Shown here: piece after piece, positions 6,702-16,493 of the stretch
Position numbering within the stretch: position 1 is the first letter of the stretch
Layout of the letters: each line of letters begins with the position of its first letter
Translations under genes and position numbers: made by a program
DNA from: an uncultured Ignavibacteriales bacterium
Lineage (GTDB): Bacteria; Zixibacteria; MSB-5A5; GN15; FEB-12
NCBI GenBank assembly: GCA_964455535.1
Contig: CAYVWS010000002.1
Coordinates: 1 to 44,052, forward strand
DNA length: 44,052 nt
Direction of reading: 5' to 3'
Notes under the pieces: model-generated
Seen by the model: only the letters and a program-made list of their open reading frames with translations
Databases searched by the model: none
Told to the model about the DNA's origin: nothing

Positions 6702-8405
6702 ATGAAAAGGTCAATACGAAGATCAATTCTCTTTGCCGTAGTATTTACTTCTCTGTATGGAGGGGTGATCGGCGCTCAGGACGTTGAGCCGCCGGACAAG
6801 GATCTCGACAGTGTCTCCGACGCTGTGGTAAGCCGGGCGTTTATGGAGAGACCTCCGCTGTTATGGACGACCGAGCTAGCCGCCAAAGTGCTCTTGCAGT
6901 CAATACTCCCAGGTGAGGGATTAATAGTTGTGACCGATTCGGCGGGGTGCCTAGCGGTGGATATGCAAAACGGCGAGCGAATGTGGTCGCTAAAAGATAT
7001 CGGCGGGATGACCTCTGCTAAATTCGTTCCTATTCCCGGGACAACTATCGGCTGTCTGCTCGCGTGCAAAACGTGGTCGCAGTATAACCGAAATTCGCGG
7101 ACTAATTTCGATCACTACTACAACACCCTGTATGTTATCGATTTTGCGGAGGGACGCGAACTGTGGAACAGCGAGCGATTCGGGTATTACTCAGTACATG
7201 GGTTTTTCTATCTGCCGCCAATTAAGGCACTGATGCTCTACGGACGCGACACCGGTAAGACGACCTGGACGATGGTTGTGTCAGCTGACGCGGGCCAGCA
7301 AATTTGGCGAAGCGATAGTTTGTTCGGAGCCAGCGGAGCCGAACTCATGGCGAATTTTCCTGAAAGCGATGACATTCTCAACGGGCAGCAGATTCCGATG
7401 TTCGACACCGACTCTAGTATGATTCTGTTAATGGACAAGGATGCCATCAGGAAGATCGACCTGCGCACCGGAGCGGCGATTTGGCAAACGCCGGTTCATG
7501 TCAAAGAATTATCGGCGCCGAGCAAAGGGTACGCGCTTTCCGTGATGTCGAGTGATCGCGGCACCGCCTATTTCCCGATAGATAAGGGTATCCTGGCTGT
7601 TCGCACCGCCTCGGGAACGATTGTATGGGATTCGATTGCCCGGCTTCCCAACCGACCGTATCAGATAGAATTCGCCGACAAAGGACTGGTAGTCCGGGGT
7701 GGACCCAATCCTGAAAAGGAAGGCGGACACGACTACATTTCGTACATCGATACAGTTAGCGGGAAGCTCGTTTGGAAACAGGCTTTTACCGAACCAAAAC
7801 ACCTTCAGAGTTCGAACTTTGTATTGAAAGATGACCATGCTTTTGTCTTTGCCAATAAGAAACTCTGGAATGTAGCGCTGGCTGACGGAAGTTTCTCCGA
7901 ATCGAAGAAGATCAAATTCAAGACTGCGGCGCTGTCACCAAGCATAGAACTTCGTGACACCTGCTTCCTGATAAATAGCGCCAACAATGTGGGGATGATC
8001 GGCGTGGGCGGTGATACGGTGTTTGCGTCGACGTTCAAAGCTCCGGGGATAACTTTTGGCCAGTTCATGGGAGCGTTTGCCGTCGGTTTCATGTCGGGCA
8101 TGATGAGCGGCATGATGTCGGCCGCGCTGACACCCGGGTATACCTATTATGTCTACCCGACCGGATACTACGAGCCGGCATCGCCTGTCGCAACGAGTGT
8201 CGTGCAGAACTATGTGTATATCCTGACCAATGTGCGTGACGAAACGGGTCGAAAGCCGGGGCTCGTAAAGGTCAATCGCCTGACCGGTGAGGCCGAGCGC
8301 GGAATAAAACTCGGTGACCGTTCGCCGCTGTATTCGGTGGACCGAGACCAGACACACTTATACTACGTCCGCGACGATCGCTTTCTGGAGTGCTACGAGT
8401 TTTAG
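6702..8405 (+). CDS. PQQ-like (BamB-like) beta-propeller repeat protein, secreted
   Basis: 567 aa. GGAGGG at 6691..6696. Signal peptide. Repeated propeller signature G-x-x-[ILMV]-W (GERMWS, GRELWN, GQQIWR, GAAIWQ, GTIVWD, GKLVWK). Confidence 0.7.
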   Translation: MKRSIRRSILFAVVFTSLYGGVIGAQDVEPPDKDLDSVSDAVVSRAFMERPPLLWTTELAAKVLLQSILPGEGLIVVTDSAGCLAVDMQNGERMWSLKDIGGMTSAKFVPIPGTTIGCLLACKTWSQYNRNSRTNFDHYYNTLYVIDFAEGRELWNSERFGYYSVHGFFYLPPIKALMLYGRDTGKTTWTMVVSADAGQQIWRSDSLFGASGAELMANFPESDDILNGQQIPMFDTDSSMILLMDKDAIRKIDLRTGAAIWQTPVHVKELSAPSKGYALSVMSSDRGTAYFPIDKGILAVRTASGTIVWDSIARLPNRPYQIEFADKGLVVRGGPNPEKEGGHDYISYIDTVSGKLVWKQAFTEPKHLQSSNFVLKDDHAFVFANKKLWNVALADGSFSESKKIKFKTAALSPSIELRDTCFLINSANNVGMIGVGGDTVFASTFKAPGITFGQFMGAFAVGFMSGMMSGMMSAALTPGYTYYVYPTGYYEPASPVATSVVQNYVYILTNVRDETGRKPGLVKVNRLTGEAERGIKLGDRSPLYSVDRDQTHLYYVRDDRFLECYEF

Positions 8406-8414
8406 CAGGTTCCT

Positions 8415-9266
8415 TCACTTCGTGCCGAAATGATAGGCGAGGTGAACGCCGTACATGTGGTTGATCGCATAGGTCAAATTCTTGCCGATCGGGAATTGCA
8501 CGTGTACGCCGGGTTCTATATGCCCGAGGTGAATGTCAGCAGCGAATGACACTGAGGTCTCGTGGCGATATTCGAAGGGGATACCTTCCTGGGTCAACAA
8601 ATACAAGCTGCTGAATGCGGTCATTAGACGGATATTGCTCGTCTTGTACCAGAGATTGACCGTCGGGTCGAGAAAGAATTCTTTGTCGGCTCCGTCAGGA
8701 ATAGCCAATTGCCCGCCAACAGTTGCGCGGATTCCAAAACCGCCGGGCGCAACGTATCGGTATCCCCAATTGGAGGAAATTTGGAGCATCTTGTTCCAAT
8801 AGGCAAGAAACCGATGTGACGAGATGAGCTGTGAGGGGAATGCCCAGTAAGTGTTCTCCTCTGAAATCAACGGCAGCCGAAAACCAACATTCCAGAGTGG
8901 CGAGGAACCCTGCTTGCTGAGTTCTAAGCCGAAATATGGATTTGCAAAACCAGCGTGAGATGACTTGTAGACAATTGTCTGTCCCAACTCAGATGTCCGA
9001 CCGTATTCGACCTTGGTTGCGAAATACGTGAATTCAGTTACGAGACAGATTGTCGGCGATACTCGTCCTCTTATTGTCAGGAATGACGAGGAAGTCGGGA
9101 ATTTTATCTCTTTATAATACGCGTCAAACGATCCGGCGGTGAATTCGGCCTGGATGCCCGGTGTTCCCTCGGGATTAAGCCACTCGACCTGGGCATGCGA
9201 AGAACTTGGGGCGAAAGCGACTGTCAGCGTCGCGATAGCCGCATAGGCGTATGTCAGCAATTTCAC
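8415..9266 (-). CDS. putative outer-membrane beta-barrel protein
   Basis: ORF 8415..9314 trimmed to GTG 9266 (VKLLTYAYAAIATLTVAFAPSSSHAQ signal peptide), because GGGAGG (rc of 9273..9278) sits 6 nt upstream. Alternating hydrophobic, aromatic-rich strands. Function unknown. Confidence 0.6.
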   Translation of the reverse strand: MKLLTYAYAAIATLTVAFAPSSSHAQVEWLNPEGTPGIQAEFTAGSFDAYYKEIKFPTSSSFLTIRGRVSPTICLVTEFTYFATKVEYGRTSELGQTIVYKSSHAGFANPYFGLELSKQGSSPLWNVGFRLPLISEENTYWAFPSQLISSHRFLAYWNKMLQISSNWGYRYVAPGGFGIRATVGGQLAIPDGADKEFFLDPTVNLWYKTSNIRLMTAFSSLYLLTQEGIPFEYRHETSVSFAADIHLGHIEPGVHVQFPIGKNLTYAINHMYGVHLAYHFGTK

Positions 9267-9417
9267 AGAGCACCTCCCACAATACTGGATTGGTTTGTCT
9301 ATAGTATACATCACAGGTGAGCGGTCGACAAGCCCTCAGGGGAAAATCGTTGTCGGCCGGGTTGAGATATGTTATCGTGCCCCGACACCCAAACCCCTGT
9401 TATTGAGGATCGGAACG

Positions 9418-11523
9418 ATGTCGCAGTCAGAACACAAACCGTTCGTTTCGCCGTTCGATTCACCCCGCGAATTCACTCTTCGGGCTTTGATTTTAGGATC
9501 GATCCTCGGAATTGTCTTCGCGGCATCGTCGGTCTATCTGGCGCTCAAAGTCGGCATGACGGTGTCGGCGTCGATTCCGGTGGCAGTGCTTTCGATTACG
9601 CTATTCAGGGCGCTGGGGCGTGCGACGATTCTTGAAAACAATATCGTCCAGACAACCGGCTCGGCGGGGGAATCAATCGCCTTTGGTGTTGCGACTACCA
9701 TGCCGGTCTTTCTGCTTCTGGGCATGGATATGCAGTTGATGGGGATTCTGATTATATCACTGCTTGGCGGCATCCTGGGTGTTCTGATGATGATTCCGCT
9801 GAGGCAGGGGTTGATTGTCAAAGAACATGGCAAACTGACTTATCCTGAGGGAACCGCTTGTGCCGACGTTTTGGTTGTCGGCGAGCAGGGCGGCACGAAT
9901 GCCAAGACGGTCTTTCTGGGATTCGGCATCGGCGCCATTTACAAATTGTTCAACGCCGGGTTTAAACTCTGGCAGGAGATTCCGGAGCGGATTTTCACGT
10001 TTTTCAAAGGGGCGTCGTTTTCGGCTGAGGTCACACCGGAACTTCTTGGTGTTGGATATATCATCGGGTCGAAAGTTTCGGCCAATATGATGGCAGGGGG
10101 AATGCTTTCGTATTTGGTGCTGATTCCCGCGATCAAGATCTTCGGCGAGTCGCTTCCGACCGCGATGTTTCCCGCGAGTGAATTGATTCGCGACATGGAG
10201 CCGGGGCAGGTGCGCAATGCGTATGTGCTCTATATCGGCGCGGGTGCAGTCGCCACCGGCGGGATTATCAGCTTGATCAAGTCGTTTCCGACCATCATCT
10301 CGGCGTTTCGTCGCGGATTCAAAACGTTTGTCGACTCGCGGAAAAACGCCGGCGAGGTCAAAAAAGAACTTCGCACCGAGCGCGATTTGCCGATGTCGAT
10401 TGTCGTCTTTGGTTCTATCGGGTTGGTGATCGCAATCTGGGCGGCGCCGATTCTTCATATTAATGCGCTGTCGGCGGTGCTGATCGTGCTCTTCGGGTTT
10501 TTCTTTGTTACTGTGTCCAGTCGAATAACAGGGGAAATTGGGTCATCATCGAATCCTATTTCCGGGATGACAGTCGCAACACTTCTGATCACTTGTTTAC
10601 TGTTCTTAGCGGCAGGGTGGACCGGTGTTGGTTTCCGGGCGATGGCGCTTTCGACCGCGGCCATTGTCTGTATCGCGGCCTCGAATGGCGGGACGATTAG
10701 TCAAGATCTCAAGACCGGATACTTGGTGGGAGCGACACCCAAATATCAACAGTTGGCGATCATGATCGGCGTTGTCACCAGTGCGCTGGTGATCGGGTTT
10801 GTGGTGATCTTACTGAACAATGCCCATACCACCGTTCCCAGGATGGACTATCCAAATTACGTGGCCACCGTGCCGACCGATGCGCCGACTCAACCGGGTC
10901 CGGATGGAAAAACCTACCGCGTGCACTATGTGTCAGAGCCGGTTGGCGACGTCGCCATTGGAAAGTACCTGGTGAACGAGTCAAACCAGATTGTCTATTT
11001 GATCGATCCCGGGATCGCAGGGACTCATCCGGTGGTTGACGGAAAGCACACCGAGAAATTCGATTCCCCGAAAGCCCGCCTCTTTTCGCTGATTATCGAC
11101 GGCATCCTGACTCAGAAGCTGCCGTGGGGATTGGTGCTGATCGGAATCTTTTTGGCGCTGGTAATGGAATTAGTCGGTGTATCGTCGCTGCCGTTTGCGG
11201 TCGGATTGTATCTGCCGCTTTCAAGTTCAGTGCCGATCATGGCCGGCGGAATGGTACGAGCATTGGTTGACCGCAAACGCAAAGGAACAGAGGCAGAGGC
11301 CGAGTTTTCGCCGGGTGTGCTGCTGTCGTCGGGCTTCATTGCGGGGGCCGCACTGATGGGAGTTGCGCTGGCGCTTCTGGTGGGCCTTGAGTGGGACGAC
11401 AAGATTAATTTCTCTTCATGGGTGGGAGTACTGGCCGAGGCCGACTGGTTTGCCGCGCTTCCGTTTGTGATACTGATGTTTGTGCTGTACAAAGTGGCGC
11501 TGGCCAAGCCGAGCACGAAGTAG
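9418..11523 (+). CDS. OPT-family oligopeptide transporter
   Basis: ORF 9295.. trimmed to ATG 9418 (GAGGA ~9 nt upstream). 701 aa, polytopic membrane protein. N-terminal blocks REFTLRALILGSILGIVFAASSVYLALKVGMTVSASIP and NIVQTTGSAGES are characteristic of OPT-superfamily transporters. Confidence 0.85.
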   Translation: MSQSEHKPFVSPFDSPREFTLRALILGSILGIVFAASSVYLALKVGMTVSASIPVAVLSITLFRALGRATILENNIVQTTGSAGESIAFGVATTMPVFLLLGMDMQLMGILIISLLGGILGVLMMIPLRQGLIVKEHGKLTYPEGTACADVLVVGEQGGTNAKTVFLGFGIGAIYKLFNAGFKLWQEIPERIFTFFKGASFSAEVTPELLGVGYIIGSKVSANMMAGGMLSYLVLIPAIKIFGESLPTAMFPASELIRDMEPGQVRNAYVLYIGAGAVATGGIISLIKSFPTIISAFRRGFKTFVDSRKNAGEVKKELRTERDLPMSIVVFGSIGLVIAIWAAPILHINALSAVLIVLFGFFFVTVSSRITGEIGSSSNPISGMTVATLLITCLLFLAAGWTGVGFRAMALSTAAIVCIAASNGGTISQDLKTGYLVGATPKYQQLAIMIGVVTSALVIGFVVILLNNAHTTVPRMDYPNYVATVPTDAPTQPGPDGKTYRVHYVSEPVGDVAIGKYLVNESNQIVYLIDPGIAGTHPVVDGKHTEKFDSPKARLFSLIIDGILTQKLPWGLVLIGIFLALVMELVGVSSLPFAVGLYLPLSSSVPIMAGGMVRALVDRKRKGTEAEAEFSPGVLLSSGFIAGAALMGVALALLVGLEWDDKINFSSWVGVLAEADWFAALPFVILMFVLYKVALAKPSTK

Positions 11524-13626
11524 TCAGATAATAAACATATCGGCAGTGCTGGTATTGTACTTGTTGCGCAGCACTTCTTCGCTTCGGGGATTGTATCTGA
11601 TCGCCAATTGGAGATATTTTGCCGCCGTGACAAGTTCGTTTTGGTCACCCGTCAAACCGGACATCGTTCGGTAGTAGATCGCCGCTAACAGATTGACCAC
11701 AAAGTCGGTAGGGTACACACGTACCAGAGTATCGACAATCGGGGCACAGTCGCGGATTCGTCCAGTGTGGGCCAGCCAATGATACAAATAAATCAGCGCG
11801 TTTCTATTGTGGGGCGCCGATTGCAGAGTTTCGCGAATCAGCGAATCAGGGGGGAGTTTTCCGCCAAAGGCCATGACCTCGGCGGCGCGCTCAAAGGCGG
11901 TCGGCTGATATTTAGCGGCCGTCTCGTTGCCGAACAGGTTGTACACCGGCACGACATAGTTGATGTTGTCGCGAATCCAGAAGCGGGCGATCACCGGCGC
12001 TGACGCAAAAATCGGGTTGTTCTTCTTCAAAGCCAGCCAGAGGTTGAGCGGCAGAGCGAGATGGGTGACGGGGTACTCGCGCAAAAGCTGTTCGCCCTCG
12101 CCGAGCGGCTGTTTGACAAACAGCGGGAAGGCGCGCAGGTCGTTGCCGCAGGTGATAGCCGGGCCGACCTGGCCGCTGATGACGGCGTCGGGGCCGAGGA
12201 GGCCGGCAAGATCACTGTTGGCGTCGCGAATTCCGTAGGTTCTCTTGCTGTACCAGTCGGAGTACAGGTATCCGTCGACAGCGATCGAACCAAGCAGAAT
12301 TGCGACCGCGACGTACTTCACCGTCGTTGCATTAACACTAAGTGATCTCCAAAACAGGAATGCGATTGCGGCTGTCAGCACTGCCGCGAGCGGGGCGATA
12401 TACCACACCCAGCGGAAATAGGTCCGTACCGACAGCGAGTCGATACTGAACGGTGTGACCGCGTGATACAAGAAATACCAGGTGAGCGCGAGCACGAGCG
12501 CTGCCTGCCACCAACTGACTTTGTTTGTCCGACGAACCATGGCCGGCGCGCGGGAGACCCAGTGTGCGGTCAGTATGACCATCGGAATAATCAGGATATA
12601 CTGGTACCGGAGCGGTCGATAGTTGAATACCGACAGAATGAGAATAGACCCGACCAGCCATGAGGCCGAGTAAATCTGTAGTTTACGAAGCGACTCGAGC
12701 GGCTCTTTGAAAAAGATCAGCCAAAGGAGCGCGACGAAACAACCGGCCGATACAAACGGAATGTACTTATGCAGGCCGGTGCGGCCGAATGAAAAGAGAT
12801 TTTCAAACGGCCCAAGCGGCAATTCAAGACCGTGCGGGAAACCGTGACCCTCGGTACCGTGTGTCCACAGAAACGAGGCCAGCTCGAACTTTCCGTGGAC
12901 CAAAAAGGATAGGGCAACGACAGACACTCCGGCGGTGGCGAGCGCCGCCAAAGAGAGTAGCCACTTCCCGGAATGGTTCTGGGAAATCCACCAGACAACC
13001 GGCGGAATTATCAATAGTAGTCCAAAGGCCTTGGTGAAAAAAGCGATTAGCGCGACGAGCAGTCCGATTGCAATCGCCGAATTGAGTTTGTCAGTCAAGC
13101 TCAGTGCCACAACAAAGAAGACTCCGGCGCCGAAGAGCAGGGCATTTTCCGAGAATGGAAATCGGCTGTAGATGATGAGCACGAAGCAGAAGGAAACAAG
13201 CAGCGCTGCCTGAATCGCGGCCATAGCGCTCAGTCTTCGCGCAAGAACGAGTAAGAAAAGAAGCGCCCCGAGTCCGCTGAGCAGAATACCGATGAATGTG
13301 CCCGTTGTTATCGAGACACCCATGACTTGGTAGGCGAGATACCCGACCCCGGAGATGAGAGATGTTTTGAACGCTTGCCAATGAGTGTATCCAAACAGAT
13401 CCCACTGACCGAATTCGACTTTGTTCTTGGCGAAGAGCGTAAGGTAGCCGCCGTCGGTGGTGAAATCCTGGCTGCCGTCGGCAAAGAAAGCCGGGGCGTC
13501 GGCTTCGGGGTCGAATGTGCGGAGGGCGATGCCGGCCGCAAAAATCAGAAGCACAATCACAACTACCCGCCAGTGGTGGCCTGAGGGGCTTGGAGAAACG
13601 TCGCTGTCGTTTTCTTTCGGCTTCAC
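11524..13626 (-). CDS. GT-C fold membrane glycosyltransferase (ArnT/PMT/GT39-like) with helical-repeat C-terminal domain
   Basis: Polytopic N-terminal ~500 aa with an early periplasmic-loop acidic motif (FFADGSQDFTTDGGY). C-terminal soluble TPR-like helices. Start uncertain: the track's TTG 13704 lies inside the upstream terminator stem/T-run, so I prefer GTG 13626 (TTG 13647 is also possible). Stop TGA (11526..11524) abuts the OPT stop. Confidence 0.6.
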   Translation of the reverse strand: MKPKENDSDVSPSPSGHHWRVVVIVLLIFAAGIALRTFDPEADAPAFFADGSQDFTTDGGYLTLFAKNKVEFGQWDLFGYTHWQAFKTSLISGVGYLAYQVMGVSITTGTFIGILLSGLGALLFLLVLARRLSAMAAIQAALLVSFCFVLIIYSRFPFSENALLFGAGVFFVVALSLTDKLNSAIAIGLLVALIAFFTKAFGLLLIIPPVVWWISQNHSGKWLLSLAALATAGVSVVALSFLVHGKFELASFLWTHGTEGHGFPHGLELPLGPFENLFSFGRTGLHKYIPFVSAGCFVALLWLIFFKEPLESLRKLQIYSASWLVGSILILSVFNYRPLRYQYILIIPMVILTAHWVSRAPAMVRRTNKVSWWQAALVLALTWYFLYHAVTPFSIDSLSVRTYFRWVWYIAPLAAVLTAAIAFLFWRSLSVNATTVKYVAVAILLGSIAVDGYLYSDWYSKRTYGIRDANSDLAGLLGPDAVISGQVGPAITCGNDLRAFPLFVKQPLGEGEQLLREYPVTHLALPLNLWLALKKNNPIFASAPVIARFWIRDNINYVVPVYNLFGNETAAKYQPTAFERAAEVMAFGGKLPPDSLIRETLQSAPHNRNALIYLYHWLAHTGRIRDCAPIVDTLVRVYPTDFVVNLLAAIYYRTMSGLTGDQNELVTAAKYLQLAIRYNPRSEEVLRNKYNTSTADMFII

Positions 13627-13702
13627 ACTACCGCTAATATACGCCAACGAAGTCGGCGCAACAGCGTCAACATGACCGTGACAATCGAGCTCCTTCCCCC
13701 AC

Positions 13703-13734
13703 AAAAAAAGGCCGCCTGCTCACGCAGGCGGCCT
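13703..13734 (-). terminator. rho-independent terminator of the Cys-repeat gene
   Basis: Minus-strand RNA AGGCCGCCUGC-GUGA-GCAGGCGGCCU followed by UUUUUUU (plus-strand A-run 13703..13709). Lies 33 nt after the stop at 13767. Confidence 0.85.
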
Positions 13735-13766
13735 TTCGGTCAGAGGACCGTTCGATCAGAAGATGC

Positions 13767-16493
13767 TCACGGACACATCTTGAGCGGAGTGAAGCTGATG
13801 TACAGGCGATCGATAAGAGCGGAGATATCGCTGATATCGATATTGCCGTCACCGTCGACATCCGCCGCGTGTTCGCAGCAAATCTCGTTAAGCGAGATGT
13901 ACAGACCGTCGATCAGCGCCGAGAGGTCGGAGATATCCGAGCCGCCGGCCGGGTCGCAGTCAATGTTTCCAGAGGTGCCAATGCAGCACGGCGAGTTGCT
14001 CAGGGCTCCCGGGCAACCAACGCCGTCGCCGGCATACACTCCACCAGCCATGTCGCATTTGACCTTGGTGGTCGTGATGCAAGTACCGTCTGGCAAGCAG
14101 CAGCAACCGGTCGGAGTACCGAGCGTCGGGCAGCTGGTCGGTGAGCAGGGCGCACCGATAGTGAAGCTGACTCCGCCAACCGCAGCACAGTCGGCCGCTG
14201 TCGCCTGGATACAACCGCCGCCATTCGGCAGACAGCAGGCGCCGGTCTGGCCGATAGGTTCGCAGGTCGTCGCAAGGCACGGCACGTTGTCGCCCTTGTA
14301 GACGCCACCGAGAGCCGCGCAGTCAGCCGCGGGGATGACGACACATCCACCGTTGGGCAGACAGCAGGCGCCACGGAGCGGCTTGCACGGATTAGGCGTG
14401 CAGGAGGATCCGTTGCCCTGCCAAGCGCCGTGGAGGTTCTTACAATTGTTGGCATTGGTGATGATGCAGGTGCCGTTCTCCAGACAGCAAGCGCCCTTTG
14501 ACGGCGGCTTGCAGCGGATGAGGGCACAGCTTGTGCCCGGACCCTGCCAGATACCTGAGGCCTGATTGCATTTCAGCTTGGTGGTCTGAACGCAGGTGCC
14601 ATCCGGCAGACAGCAAGCGCCTTCTTTGACTCTCGGGCACAAGGTCGGTGAGCAGGGGCTTCCTGCACCGTACCAGGTACCTTTGGCCTTTTTGCACTCG
14701 TCGGCAGTCATCTGAACGCACGTACCGTTCGGCAGACAGCAGGCGCCGTCAAGGTGCTGAGGACACTGGAGGCCCGGTGTGGCACAATTGGTGCCGGGGC
14801 CGAAGAAAATGCCGTGCTTCGACTGGCAATCCATCGGCGTGGCCTGCACGCAAGATCCGTCGGGCAGACAGCACGCGCCGGTTTCGTCGTGCGGACACGG
14901 CACGGCCGGATCGCAGGAGCTTCCGTCACCGCCGTAGATGCCGTGCATCTTTTCGCAATCGACGGCCGAAACTGTGACGCACGCGCCGGTCGGCAGACAG
15001 CACGCGCCGATCTTCTGTTCGCACGGGGTCGGAGGCAGGCAGTTGGAACCGTCGCCCAAATAGAGACCACCGGCGGCCTGACATTTCACGAGTGTAGTGA
15101 TGATACATCCTGCGCCGGGGATACAGCAGCCGCCTTCTTTAGGAGGCGGACAGCCATCCGGACCGCACACACTTCCGTCACCCATGTAGAGTCCGCCTTG
15201 CTTGACACAGTCAGCCGCAGTCATGATTACGCAGGCACCACTGGGCAGACAACACGCGCCCGTTTGGACACCGTTGCAGATGAGCGGAGAGCAAGGTGTA
15301 TAGTCACCGTAGTAGGTTCCGCCCGCCTGCTGACACGCCGTTTGAGTCAGCATTTGGCACGGGAGACCGGGCACACAGCAAGCTCCGCGCGGTGGGTCGC
15401 AGTTGACCGTAGCACAGGGGACGCCGTCGCCGAAGTAAACACCGCCGAGTTTCTTACATTCATCGGCGAGCATTTCGATACAACCGATACCGGCCGCGGT
15501 TTGCAGACAGCAGGCGCCTTTCTTGGGACCGCCCGGACAGGTAACTCCGGAACAAGGGATATTGTCGCCCTGATACACGCCGCCGTGCGACTGGCAGTCC
15601 GCCATCGAAACCATAACGCAGGTTCCGTTCGGCAGACAGCAGGCGCCACGGATAACGCCGCCGTCACACAGGCCGGGAGTACACGGTACGCCGTCGCCCT
15701 GATAGATTCCGCCATGCTTCTGGCAGTCGGAAGCGGTGGCGATTACACACTGTCCGGTAGTCGGAATACAGCATGCGCCGGTCGCCACTTGGGTGCTGTC
15801 GCAATGACCCTGACTGCAGGGAACATTGTCCCCGCGATAGACGCCGCCGGCCTGAGCGCACTGGGCGGCCGTAATCATCGCGCAGCTGCCGTCGGGCAGA
15901 CAGCAGGCGCCTCGCGGCGGTGTGCCGCATTGAATGGTCGCGCAGGTCCCGCCGGGGAACCAGGTGCCATGACCATTCGCGCACTCGGAGGGAAGATTGG
16001 TGACGAAACACTGGCCGTTCGGCAAACAGCAAGCACCGTCTTGTACGCACACGTTCGGTGTGGTGCAGCTAGTGTTGTCACCCATGTAGTAGCCGTTCTG
16101 CTGGGCGCAGGTGGCAGCGTCGGTTTGGACGCATCCACTTAGAAGACAGCAGGCGCCGGTCGCCAATACAACGGTACCGGTCATGCCGAGATGGATTGTG
16201 CACTCATACGGCCAGGGCCCGGGGCCATCGGCCGCGACGAACACTTGTGTGTATGAGCCCGAAGAAAACGGACCCGAGTTCCAGGGTTTCGGAGCCCCGG
16301 TACGGGTGGTCGTGTGGGAGAACCCGTCGAGATTGACCCATTTGACGGTGTCGCCATACGCAACGGTGACCGTCCCGGGTACAAACGCGAAATTCTGCAG
16401 GTTTACCGTATGGACGGTCGCCTGCGCCTGTCCTGTACAAATCAGTGCCAGAAGCAGCAGACCTGTACAGCAGGTCAGAAGCTTTCTCAGCAT
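13767..16493 (-). CDS. secreted cupredoxin - 17x Cys6-repeat - dockerin-like protein
   Basis: 908 aa. ATG 16493 with GGAGGG upstream. Signal peptide MLRKLLTCCTGLLLLALICTGQAQA. Domains annotated separately. Confidence 0.9.
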   Translation of the reverse strand: MLRKLLTCCTGLLLLALICTGQAQATVHTVNLQNFAFVPGTVTVAYGDTVKWVNLDGFSHTTTRTGAPKPWNSGPFSSGSYTQVFVAADGPGPWPYECTIHLGMTGTVVLATGACCLLSGCVQTDAATCAQQNGYYMGDNTSCTTPNVCVQDGACCLPNGQCFVTNLPSECANGHGTWFPGGTCATIQCGTPPRGACCLPDGSCAMITAAQCAQAGGVYRGDNVPCSQGHCDSTQVATGACCIPTTGQCVIATASDCQKHGGIYQGDGVPCTPGLCDGGVIRGACCLPNGTCVMVSMADCQSHGGVYQGDNIPCSGVTCPGGPKKGACCLQTAAGIGCIEMLADECKKLGGVYFGDGVPCATVNCDPPRGACCVPGLPCQMLTQTACQQAGGTYYGDYTPCSPLICNGVQTGACCLPSGACVIMTAADCVKQGGLYMGDGSVCGPDGCPPPKEGGCCIPGAGCIITTLVKCQAAGGLYLGDGSNCLPPTPCEQKIGACCLPTGACVTVSAVDCEKMHGIYGGDGSSCDPAVPCPHDETGACCLPDGSCVQATPMDCQSKHGIFFGPGTNCATPGLQCPQHLDGACCLPNGTCVQMTADECKKAKGTWYGAGSPCSPTLCPRVKEGACCLPDGTCVQTTKLKCNQASGIWQGPGTSCALIRCKPPSKGACCLENGTCIITNANNCKNLHGAWQGNGSSCTPNPCKPLRGACCLPNGGCVVIPAADCAALGGVYKGDNVPCLATTCEPIGQTGACCLPNGGGCIQATAADCAAVGGVSFTIGAPCSPTSCPTLGTPTGCCCLPDGTCITTTKVKCDMAGGVYAGDGVGCPGALSNSPCCIGTSGNIDCDPAGGSDISDLSALIDGLYISLNEICCEHAADVDGDGNIDISDISALIDRLYISFTPLKMCP
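13770..13991 (-). other. C-terminal Cys-clamped double EF-hand (dockerin-like) module, copy 2
   Basis: PCCIGTSGNIDCDPAGGSDISDLSALIDGLYISLNEICCEHAADVDGDGNIDISDISALIDRLYISFTPLKMCP, the last 74 aa. Confidence 0.7.
13992..16163 (-). repeat. 17 tandem ~42-44-aa cysteine-rich coding repeats (GACC units)
   Basis: Units start GACCLPDGSC / GACCLPNGTC / GGCCIPGAGC / GCCCLPDGTC. Consensus by eye: G-A-C-C-[LIV]-P-x-G-x-C-x7-C-x3-G-G-x-[YWF]-x-G-x-G-x2-C-x3-5-C. Six Cys per unit. DNA copies are diverged. Confidence 0.85.
16164..16418 (-). other. amicyanin/plastocyanin-like type-1 copper (cupredoxin) domain
   Basis: YGDTVKWVNLDGFSHTTT ... WPYECTIHLGMTGTVVL gives the His...Cys-x2-His-x2-Met ligand set with amicyanin-type spacing. 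Confidence 0.65.

Noticed and set aside
9757-10458. 233-aa minus-strand ORF
   Set aside because: It is antisense to the well-supported OPT transporter gene. It is a highly basic low-complexity translation.
14754-16142. 462-aa plus-strand ORF, with several other 60-175-aa ORFs on both strands between 13800 and 16500
   Set aside because: These ORFs are antisense or out of frame to the 908-aa Cys-repeat gene. Their Arg/Ala/Thr/Gly-rich low-complexity translations are typical of shadow ORFs in GC-rich repeats. They have no SD and no recognisable domains, whereas the minus-strand frame has a signal peptide, an RBS, domains and a terminator.
13992-16163. Possibility that the Cys-rich protein is a multihaem cytochrome or metallothionein-like metal sponge
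   Set aside because: No CxxCH motif is present anywhere in the protein. The regular six-Cys spacing with conserved Gly/Pro turns fits disulfide-knotted structural repeats better.
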